This document shows positions 57,497 to 64,000 of a stretch of DNA of 64,000 bases, one piece after another (position 1 is the first letter of the stretch; each line of letters begins with the position of its first letter). The stretch spans positions 20,985 through 84,984 of the forward strand of contig JANJTV010000065.1 in NCBI GenBank assembly GCA_024710905.1, read 5' to 3'. A model generated the notes under the pieces. The model made no database searches. It saw nothing but the letters and a program-made list of their open reading frames with translations, and was not told the origin of the DNA. A program made the position numbers and the translations under genes. The stretch comes from Anaerolineales bacterium (GTDB taxonomy: Bacteria > Chloroflexota > Anaerolineae > Anaerolineales > Villigracilaceae).

Positions 57497-57679
57497 ATGG
57501 GCCATAAAAAACTGCTCGGTGCAATTGTCCTGAGTACCTGCCCTGTCGTAGCAGGTTGCTCAACAGTTGCGGAACCCACCTTCCCTGAGCCAGCCAGGCT
57601 CAAAACCATATATCTATCCCCACTGCTTCATCCATCCAAAAATCCTGGCTTCACCATAGCGTCAGTCATCCAGTGCTGA
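57497..57679 (+). CDS. possible small lipoprotein
   Basis: The VVAGC lipobox follows a hydrophobic N-terminus. The RBS is weak and coding evidence is thin. Confidence 0.3.
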   Translation: MGHKKLLGAIVLSTCPVVAGCSTVAEPTFPEPARLKTIYLSPLLHPSKNPGFTIASVIQC

Positions 57680-57742
57680 GGCGCGTATCGTGTTGCCTGC
57701 GCCGGGTCAAACCCTGTAGGACATCTCGGGAAGGAGATGGAA

Positions 57743-58300
57743 ATGAAAATTTTCATCGAAGGTGGGTACGAAAACAAACCAGCACTTTCTACATTAAGCA
57801 ATGAACTGTACGGCCGGATGTATGCCTCGCGGGGCATCCGGGATTTTTACTATGGTTTCACAGCCTTTGGGACGGGGTACGAAAAGAACTTCTCACAGAT
57901 TTCCTTTGATGGGAAGTCCACCCAGGCCCTGACGGAGTTCATCAAAATCGTCAGCAGCCGATTCAAGATCTTCCGCGTGGAAGCGGAAGATGAAGAACTG
58001 GAGCAGGAGGCCGTCGCAGCGTGGGAGAAAGACCACACTCAAAACCCAATTCCCAAAAAAGTGGCGTTACCGTTGGTCATACTCAGGCTACCCGCGGAGG
58101 CCGACACGTTCGAAATTTTCGGCAAGAATTATCGATTTAAATCCAGGGACGGCAAGGAACGGCTGATCGTGACCAACAAATATACCCCCGAAGGGTTGGC
58201 GGATGCCAAATCACGTTTCCATCTTGTCAACAGGGACGAGTACAAAACCATCCATGACGAGTTTGGGGCGCCAGAAGAACCAGAAGCGGCGGTTGAGTAA
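57743..58300 (+). CDS. hypothetical protein (island gene 1)
   Basis: GGAAGGAG RBS 6 nt upstream of ATG 57743; an alternative ATG is at 57737. I recognise no motif. Confidence 0.55.
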   Translation: MKIFIEGGYENKPALSTLSNELYGRMYASRGIRDFYYGFTAFGTGYEKNFSQISFDGKSTQALTEFIKIVSSRFKIFRVEAEDEELEQEAVAAWEKDHTQNPIPKKVALPLVILRLPAEADTFEIFGKNYRFKSRDGKERLIVTNKYTPEGLADAKSRFHLVNRDEYKTIHDEFGAPEEPEAAVE

Positions 58301-58318
58301 CCGGAAGGAGAACCCAGC

Positions 58319-58462
58319 ATGGGACGCATTGCACAACTACAGGTGATATGCAAACATTGTGGCAAGACAACCAATGTATTTGTCGAAGAAAGCAACGCAG
58401 CCAGCGCCGTGGTCAAGTGTGAACATTGCAGAAACATCTTTGAGTTTGGCCCTGGCACGTAA
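58319..58462 (+). CDS. 47-aa zinc-ribbon protein (below the ORF-track size cutoff)
   Basis: MGRIAQLQVICKHCGKTTNVFVEESNAASAVVKCEHCRNIFEFGPGT carries two CxxC pairs. GGAAGGAG RBS at 58303-58310. Confidence 0.5.
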   Translation: MGRIAQLQVICKHCGKTTNVFVEESNAASAVVKCEHCRNIFEFGPGT

Positions 58463-58524
58463 TACAAACCCATTGGGTATGTTTCAGGAATACCGCAATG
58501 GGCGATCATAGAAAAGGAGAATCA

Positions 58525-59616
58525 ATGAAAGATGCCCGCGCCGATTTCTTCCGAACAAACTTAAAGGTTCTCTTACTATGCGCCGCCCTGGTTCTCGCTG
58601 GCTGTGCACCGGTCATCTCTACCGAAAACGCGGAGGATTTGGCCTGGCTGAAGACCTACCCGATCGCAGCGAAAAAGTCCTGGGGCGATACAGCCTGGCA
58701 GCACAACAACGACGGGAAATTTTTCGTTTCAGGTTTCGTCCAGAATCTAGATGGGACGATTTCGGGATTCGCCTACGAGTGGGATGTTCGTAACGAAAAT
58801 GGCACGAAATATGACTGGTTGTCAATGGATGGGCAATATTTTCCGGGTACGCCAATCACCTGTCTGGCCGTCTCACCGGATGAAAAGCGCATTGCCCTGG
58901 GCACGCTGGTTGGACCAGTCATCCTGTGGGATGTCAATGCGTCAAACAGCGCCGAGGATGTTTACTACCTCGAAGGACATACCGAGGCCGTCAAGGCTGT
59001 TGCCTGGTCGCCGGACGGCAAGTTGATTGCATCTGGCGGATACGACAACACCGTCCGCGTATGGAACGTGAGCCAGGAGGTTCACTCTGGCGTTGAGCCT
59101 TTGCAGGAGACCTTGCGGCTGGACACAAACTACAAGGTTCAAAGTATCTCGTTTGCGCCAGAGGGGGAGATTCTCATCTTCGGGACGGAGGGCGGCGTCG
59201 CAGCCATTGACCTGGCGACAAACGAGGTCATCCTGGATGTCTCCGGTAAACCACTTGCGCAGCTGGGGCATAGCCTGACATGGTCGCCGGATAAAACGAC
59301 AATGGCAGCCGGGTCATTCGACGGCAAAGTGTTCTTCTTCACGTTCGAGGAGGGCAGGTTCAGTCAAAATGTGGATTTGATCGAAGTCAGCAAGAGTGGA
59401 TCGATCCTTGCCCTGGATTACTCACCCGATGCCACGATGCTGGTTCTTGCTTACCCGAATATGATCCACGTTTGGGATCTGGAAACAGCGAAAACAATCA
59501 AAAGATTCAGCGCAGGGGAAGACCTGTTCTTTAGCAGTGTTTCATGGTCCCCAGATGGCCGCTATATCGCCGTCACCTACAGCGATGGAACGCTGCGCAT
59601 CATTGGGATTGAGTAA
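58525..59616 (+). CDS. WD40 beta-propeller lipoprotein
   Basis: Signal plus lipobox LVLAGC. WD repeats GHTEAVKAVAWSPDGKLIASGGYDNTVRVWNV, ILWDV, IHVWDL and SWSPDGRYIAV..DGTLRI. Confidence 0.8.
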   Translation: MKDARADFFRTNLKVLLLCAALVLAGCAPVISTENAEDLAWLKTYPIAAKKSWGDTAWQHNNDGKFFVSGFVQNLDGTISGFAYEWDVRNENGTKYDWLSMDGQYFPGTPITCLAVSPDEKRIALGTLVGPVILWDVNASNSAEDVYYLEGHTEAVKAVAWSPDGKLIASGGYDNTVRVWNVSQEVHSGVEPLQETLRLDTNYKVQSISFAPEGEILIFGTEGGVAAIDLATNEVILDVSGKPLAQLGHSLTWSPDKTTMAAGSFDGKVFFFTFEEGRFSQNVDLIEVSKSGSILALDYSPDATMLVLAYPNMIHVWDLETAKTIKRFSAGEDLFFSSVSWSPDGRYIAVTYSDGTLRIIGIE

Positions 59617-59680
59617 GTAATGGCTGGCCTGTCGGCATGGCACAAACCAGACGGATAATTCAGAACAACAGGAGGAAGCG

Positions 59681-60190
59681 ATGACAACCACAATTAATGA
59701 TTTAACAATCGCACTACACCAGGCGATTCAGGCAAATGACGCAAAGATGGTGCTGGAAGCACTGGAACATGGCGCAGATGCGAATAGCCGTAATGGCTAC
59801 GGAATCGCTGCCCTAAAGTATGCGATGACTTTTGGCAACGTGGATGTAGCAAAGGCGCTACTCGACCATGGGGCAAAGGTGAAAGACGAGGATATCCTGC
59901 CAGAGCTGGCTGCTTACGGCCGCGGCGGGGCTGAAATGGCCAAGCTGCTGCTGGAGGCGGGCGCCGATGTGAATGAAAGAACCCCGGGAGGGTACACGCC
60001 CCTGATTATTGCAGCTGGTAGGGGCTATACGGATATCGTCAAAGTCCTGCTGGAAGCTGGCGCTGATGTGCATGCAGTAGGCGAAAGTAACCGGAAGGCG
60101 AAAAGCCTGGCATATGAACGCGGCTACCTTGAAACTGCTCGCTTGATTGAAAAATGGGAATCCAGCATGAACAAAAGCAGGAAAGGATAA
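59681..60190 (+). CDS. ankyrin-repeat protein
   Basis: GADANSRNGYGIAALKYAM..VDVAKALLDHGA and GADVNERTPGGYTPLIIAAGRGYTDIVKVLLEAGADV. Confidence 0.85.
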   Translation: MTTTINDLTIALHQAIQANDAKMVLEALEHGADANSRNGYGIAALKYAMTFGNVDVAKALLDHGAKVKDEDILPELAAYGRGGAEMAKLLLEAGADVNERTPGGYTPLIIAAGRGYTDIVKVLLEAGADVHAVGESNRKAKSLAYERGYLETARLIEKWESSMNKSRKG

Positions 60191-60196
60191 TCAAAG

Positions 60197-60577
60197 ATGA
60201 ATAAACTTTTGCTTGATCTTCCTGTTATCAGGGAAGAAAATATCTCAAATTACAGACAGACCATTGTTCGCGCCGAATCACATCCATCCATGTTCGTGGG
60301 TTCGACCGAAGAAACGACAGAATTTGTTGCCAAAATGTCAGAAGAAACCGAGAAATTTATTCTCTCATGTCCAGGAATTGATCGGGTTGAGAAACGGTTT
60401 CTAATGAACGAATATCGCGTTGGAGAAAAAATCCTTGAGATTCAGTATCAACAATTCTGGAAGAATGGAACATCTTCAATCTATTGCGAACACGTAATGC
60501 GGATTGGCGAGGATAAATTTGAAGTATTCGGAAGTGAATCGAGTGCCAAAAGAATGATGGCCTTTCATGCTGGATAA
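60197..60577 (+). CDS. hypothetical protein (island gene)
   Basis: Tight 6-nt spacing after the ankyrin gene. AT-rich codon use matches its neighbours. Confidence 0.5.
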   Translation: MNKLLLDLPVIREENISNYRQTIVRAESHPSMFVGSTEETTEFVAKMSEETEKFILSCPGIDRVEKRFLMNEYRVGEKILEIQYQQFWKNGTSSIYCEHVMRIGEDKFEVFGSESSAKRMMAFHAG

Positions 60578-60716
60578 AAATCATCGCTTTTCCAAATCCA
60601 AGCGAAGATTAATCTCGACGCTGGCGAACGGAAATATCAACGGGTGGGCATCCGCAACCTGGAGGAAACAAACCTGTGAGATTGCCCGGATCTTGTGGAC
60701 ATGAAAGGAGAGAACA

Positions 60717-61712
60717 ATGAATCTGCTAAAAAGTTTGTTTGGACAGGCACAATTAATCACTAAAATCCCTGGGGTTTCAGTCGAGGGATGCTGTTTTATT
60801 CCCAGTGGCAACATTTTCGCTGTCAGCCTTGCCGGAGGGGAAATTCGACTCATTGATATCACGCAGGGCACAATCATAAAAACGCTGGATGGCAAAGTGC
60901 CGGAGCCGGGAAGAATTACAGCGACCATGAATGGCTCACACCTGGCGGTCATCGACTGTGCCCGTGACGGAACAGGGGATGGAGAAAAAGCCGAGATCTG
61001 GGATATTAATACTGGACAGTGCATTCTTGCAACCGAATTAAACGAAAAATCAACATCAATAGCGCTTTCAACAGATTGCACCATTTTGGCTGTGGGACGC
61101 AGGTACGACACGGTTATTGATCTGTATGCCATACCCACTGGTGAGTTAATAAAAACACTCAGTGGACATGGCACCACGCTGGTGCAATCACCACTATTTC
61201 GTGGAAGTGGTACGGTACAAGATTTGGCTTTTTTTGCGCTTGGACCTTATTTGGTTTCAGGGGCGGATGATGGCCAGGCCATACTGTGGAACATCGAAAC
61301 CGGCAAGGGATTTGTCGTAGCAAAACATGACTATATCGTAAAAAGCGTCTGTGTCAGCCCGTTTTCTGACAAGGTGGCAACGGGCGGGTCAGAAAGCTGG
61401 CTGGCAGAGGGACGACCGAACCTGGTTAATGTGGCGGAAGTGCGGATAGAAGGAACAATCAAAACCCTTCTCGACCACTTCGGCATCAAGGCAGAAGATC
61501 CGGTCAAGGCTTTGTCTTTTGACAAACACGGAGCGCTTATCCTAGCGGCGTGTGATGATGACACCTTATGGCTATGGCCGGGCAAGGGTGATGCAAAGCC
61601 CATCAAGCACAACTTCGGGAAGATACTGGCACTTTCGAAGGATGCAACAAAGATTGCTGCAGAAAGAGATGAAACTCTGGCTATATGGGACATCAGTCCC
61701 CTCGTTAAATAG
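60717..61712 (+). CDS. WD40-like beta-propeller protein (cytoplasmic)
   Basis: Repeats ending IRLIDI, AEIWDI, QAILWNI, TLWLWP and LAIWDI. AAAGGAGAG RBS. Confidence 0.75.
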   Translation: MNLLKSLFGQAQLITKIPGVSVEGCCFIPSGNIFAVSLAGGEIRLIDITQGTIIKTLDGKVPEPGRITATMNGSHLAVIDCARDGTGDGEKAEIWDINTGQCILATELNEKSTSIALSTDCTILAVGRRYDTVIDLYAIPTGELIKTLSGHGTTLVQSPLFRGSGTVQDLAFFALGPYLVSGADDGQAILWNIETGKGFVVAKHDYIVKSVCVSPFSDKVATGGSESWLAEGRPNLVNVAEVRIEGTIKTLLDHFGIKAEDPVKALSFDKHGALILAACDDDTLWLWPGKGDAKPIKHNFGKILALSKDATKIAAERDETLAIWDISPLVK

Positions 61713-61798
61713 CGTGGATTCGGTCGATATTGAAATATCAACAGATATATAGCGCTCTATCTAATTAATAGTTGGGTGGCTCATTGAAAGGAGTGTCA

Positions 61799-62743
61799 AT
61801 GGACTTGATTTTCGGTGTTCTTACGCTGGTTTTCGGAGTCTATGCACTCATCAAAGGACGACTCCGGTTAAGTAAGAAATATGTCTTGGAAGGTAATTCA
61901 GCAAAATATGCTGGGTTTTTGCTTGTGATAGCCCCAATAATTGGTGGGATTCTTACTTTAAATGGGCAGATAGATTCAGCCCTATTTGGTTGTTCATGTT
62001 ATAGCATAATCGGCGTATTGGCTTTTGCCGTTTTTCAGATGTGGAACTCCAGAGGGTCAGCGCAGGTGAAAACACAGATGAAAAATGAGCCTGCCATATC
62101 AGAAAAAAGGGAGCCTGCCCAATCGCATGTGACACAGATACAACCAACCACATCAAGTGAGAGTCACAAACAAAGATTGCCAGATGCCAATGTCAATACC
62201 CAAACTGATCAAAAAGAATTGCATCCGAAAGATCTGATAGATCCGCAATCAACATCCATTTGCCCGAAATGTGGAAATATTGGATTGCCTAACGATAAGT
62301 TTTGTCGAAAGTGTGGAAATGCAATAAAATCAGAAATTCGATGTGAAAAATGCGGCAATATCGTTCAGCCTAAAGACTTATTTTGCGTAAAATGCGGCTC
62401 TCGTCTAAGTAGGAAAAATGAGCACGAAGCAACCTTCGAGTGTCTCGTTGCAGAATTAATCGAGATTGGGAAAAACACAAAATCGTTCAACGAAGGAGAT
62501 ACCTACTATTATCGACGCAAGGGGGAAGGCATTGGATTAGGTGAAGATTGGGATGCTCGAACGAGAGAAATTGGCGACGAACTTTATAGAATGGGAGCAA
62601 ACAAAATCCAGTTGATGCAGGAAGCGCATAATAGTGTTGTGAAAGTGCTCGGCTCGATTGCAGGGCGTTGCCTGGGGGCACATTGGCATGAAATTGGTAA
62701 GGAGCAATGGAAACAGGGAAAGGGTGAGTGCTGGCTTTTTTGA
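61799..62743 (+). CDS. membrane protein with a double zinc-ribbon and a C-terminal unknown domain
   Basis: Three N-terminal TM segments. CPKCGN..CRKCGN..CEKCGN..CVKCGS. AAAGGAG RBS 5 nt before ATG 61799. Confidence 0.65.
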   Translation: MDLIFGVLTLVFGVYALIKGRLRLSKKYVLEGNSAKYAGFLLVIAPIIGGILTLNGQIDSALFGCSCYSIIGVLAFAVFQMWNSRGSAQVKTQMKNEPAISEKREPAQSHVTQIQPTTSSESHKQRLPDANVNTQTDQKELHPKDLIDPQSTSICPKCGNIGLPNDKFCRKCGNAIKSEIRCEKCGNIVQPKDLFCVKCGSRLSRKNEHEATFECLVAELIEIGKNTKSFNEGDTYYYRRKGEGIGLGEDWDARTREIGDELYRMGANKIQLMQEAHNSVVKVLGSIAGRCLGAHWHEIGKEQWKQGKGECWLF

Positions 62744-62952
62744 GTGTTGGTTTTACCAACCAAAAAATGATTTAATTTCACGCGCCGCCGAACCAAAGGT
62801 TAAATGAAACATAACCTCGAAGGCTAGCCAAGAAAACCCTTGTACCAACTCTTTGACAATGGCCCAGATGGAGAGAAAGGGACTCGCTGATTGATTAATA
62901 CGCTACAAAAACCTCCACCATCTTGATCGCCAATCTCTGGAAAGGAGAGACC

Positions 62953-63456
62953 ATGAAACACACCAAAGGGTATGTTTTCTTGATTGGGGTGTTATTGAGC
63001 AGTATCCTTTTAGTTTCTTGTGACCCTGGGAAATCTTCGTCGTCTTCCACAACTGGAACGATAACGGGAATAGTTCTTGATGATCATGGGAAACCGCTGG
63101 GAAATATCCACGACAATGAAGTGTTGGTGGTGGCTCTGTACTGCCTCGATGAAAATTCAACTATCGAATGCCTTCACAAAGACTTCTGGGATATTGATCT
63201 GGACGTTCTTCTGGATTCCATTTGTGAAATTAATGACTCCCGAGACGATTGTTTACTCCACCTGGGAAAAAGCGCTGCTTCTGTAGAAATAGATGGAAGT
63301 TACACGATCACGGATGTCCCGCCGGGAGAGTATGGGCTTGTGTTGATCTATAAGGGGACTGGCTTTATGGGAACAAGCCTTAAACGTGATGTTGACCCCG
63401 TGCAGGCTAGCAGAGTGATCAAGTGCGATATCGAGACGGAGCTCATTCGAAAGTAA
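62953..63456 (+). CDS. lipoprotein with a carboxypeptidase-regulatory-like beta-sandwich
   Basis: LLVSC lipobox. GTITGIVLDDHGKPLGN and DGSYTITDVPPGEYGL motifs. AAAGGAGAG RBS. Confidence 0.55.
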   Translation: MKHTKGYVFLIGVLLSSILLVSCDPGKSSSSSTTGTITGIVLDDHGKPLGNIHDNEVLVVALYCLDENSTIECLHKDFWDIDLDVLLDSICEINDSRDDCLLHLGKSAASVEIDGSYTITDVPPGEYGLVLIYKGTGFMGTSLKRDVDPVQASRVIKCDIETELIRK

Positions 63457-63520
63457 GTTTTTCGATTTTGATAAAGAGTATTAGACTCGATAGACTGCTG
63501 GCCTGCGACTACGAGCCTGT

Positions 63521-63598
63521 CTGCCCGACTTGGGCTGGCTGGGGTTTGGTTTTGCGCTGATTGCGCTCGGGGGATTTTTGATTAACCTGTGAAGCGGA
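63521..63598 (+). repeat. direct repeat copy 2
   Basis: ctgcccgacttgggctggctggggtttggttttgcgctgattgcgctcgggggatttttgattaacctgtgaagcgga. It would encode the same C-terminal peptide, LGWLGFGFALIALGGFLINL followed by a stop. Confidence 0.9.
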
Positions 63599-63673
63599 GG
63601 AAAGACCTGCCCTGCATCTTTGCATTAAAGCCAGGCCGGTATTAATTCTGCCTGAGAACATGACATTCATCCA

Positions 63674-63702
63674 TTGACCCCCCACGGGCGGGATGCTATA
63701 AT
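63674..63702 (+). promoter_or_regulatory. sigma-70 promoter TTGACC-17-TATAAT for the GntR-family gene
   Basis: Near-consensus hexamers with 17-nt spacing, 39 nt upstream of the ATG. Confidence 0.6.
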
Positions 63703-63711
63703 CGCGGCAAC

Positions 63712-63728
63712 GATTAATCTGATTAATC
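63712..63728 (+). promoter_or_regulatory. tandem palindromic boxes GATTAATC-t-GATTAATC (candidate operator)
   Basis: Two perfect 8-bp palindromes lie between the -10 element and the start codon. Confidence 0.45.
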
Positions 63729-63740
63729 ACACTTTTGACG

Positions 63741-64000
63741 ATGTTACGCGAACGCACCGCCCCTGAGAGTCTTTCGGAATTCCTTCGTTACCTGGCCAGC
63801 CACCCACAGGCCGAGAACGAAGCCTTGCCCTCGTTAAATACCCTGAGCGCCGAGTTAGGCATCAGCGTGGCCGGGTTGCGCGAACAATTGGAAGTGGCCC
63901 GCGCCCTCGGCCTGGTGGAGGTGCGCCCGCGCACCGGCATCCGCCGCCAGCCATACTCCTTCCTCCCGGCGGTGCGCCAGAGCGTGGGCTATGCCATGGC
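63741..64000 (+). CDS. GntR/FadR-family transcriptional regulator, N-terminal fragment (runs off the window)
   Basis: Winged-helix LPSLNTLSAELGISVAGLREQLEVARALGLVEVRPRTGIRR. Confidence 0.8.
   Translation, partial: MLRERTAPESLSEFLRYLASHPQAENEALPSLNTLSAELGISVAGLREQLEVARALGLVEVRPRTGIRRQPYSFLPAVRQSVGYAM

Larger units (their letters stand above)
57412..63520 (+). mobile_element. candidate genomic island (no integrase seen) bounded by the 78-bp direct repeats
   Basis: Flanking repeats. Nine or ten co-directional genes with AAAGGAG-type RBSs. Hand-counted 60-nt samples from 59.7-63.2 kb give 35-48% GC, against 58% for one sample from the flank (50.4 kb). Confidence 0.55.

Noticed and set aside
57412-63520. 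A search for an integrase, recombinase, transposase, tRNA or phage structural gene that would classify the island.
   Set aside because: None of the ORFs, including those under 60 aa in the gaps, shows a tyrosine- or serine-recombinase or DDE motif. It therefore cannot be called a prophage, ICE or IS element, and I report it only as a repeat-bounded island.
1-64000. tRNA, rRNA, tmRNA, SRP RNA and CRISPR arrays.
   Set aside because: I scanned the intergenic gaps longer than 80 nt by eye. None contains a T-loop GGTTCGAA-type cloverleaf or a regular repeat-spacer array. A proper tRNAscan or Infernal run would be needed to be certain.

Overview
This 64-kb window looks like bacterial chromosome. 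About 75 CDS are well supported, mostly on the + strand. GC is high: about 58% in hand-counted 60-nt samples. GAF-rich signalling proteins, TadE/TadG-like pseudopilins, a fused NuoCD and Pro/Thr-rich linkers suggest a Chloroflexota (Anaerolineae-like) organism, but this is inference only. I found no rRNA, tRNA, CRISPR array, transposase or integrase.

Contents in order:
- 1-9.4 kb: a GAF-rich signalling block. It holds two tandem GAF paralogs, a ParA-like ATPase, a 1463-aa hybrid histidine kinase and a threonine-synthase-like enzyme fused to a receiver domain.
- 10.4-13.9 kb: an HK / REC-GAF-HK / OmpR-type regulator relay.
- 14-32 kb: housekeeping genes, namely trmFO, hflX, pepF, a desaturase, pckA, an aminotransferase, fabD, rpmF, prfB (with its classic +1 frameshift), ftsY, trxA and murA (Asp in place of the catalytic Cys).
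- 32.2-39.9 kb: a Tad-like module of a prepilin peptidase plus four proteins with class-III-type N-termini. It is split by glmS and its probable glmS ribozyme.
- 43.1-47.5 kb: an IscX-like gene translationally coupled to a Q-module-only nuoB-nuoCD-nuoI operon, followed by an Mrp/ApbC gene carrying an in-frame TAA.
- 47.5-57.4 kb: assorted enzymes.
- 57.4-63.5 kb: a 6.1-kb island of nine or ten co-directional genes (WD40, ankyrin, zinc-ribbon, lipoprotein and unknown). It is bracketed by 78-bp imperfect direct repeats that duplicate the 3' end of the adjacent membrane-protein gene, and much of it is AT-rich.

The island is my best candidate for an undescribed system. The next candidates are the ParA plus kinase-with-ParB-like-tail pairing, the ThrC-REC fusion and the IscX-NuoBCDI-Mrp neighbourhood. 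All functional calls rest on motifs I recognise by eye; no database search was possible.
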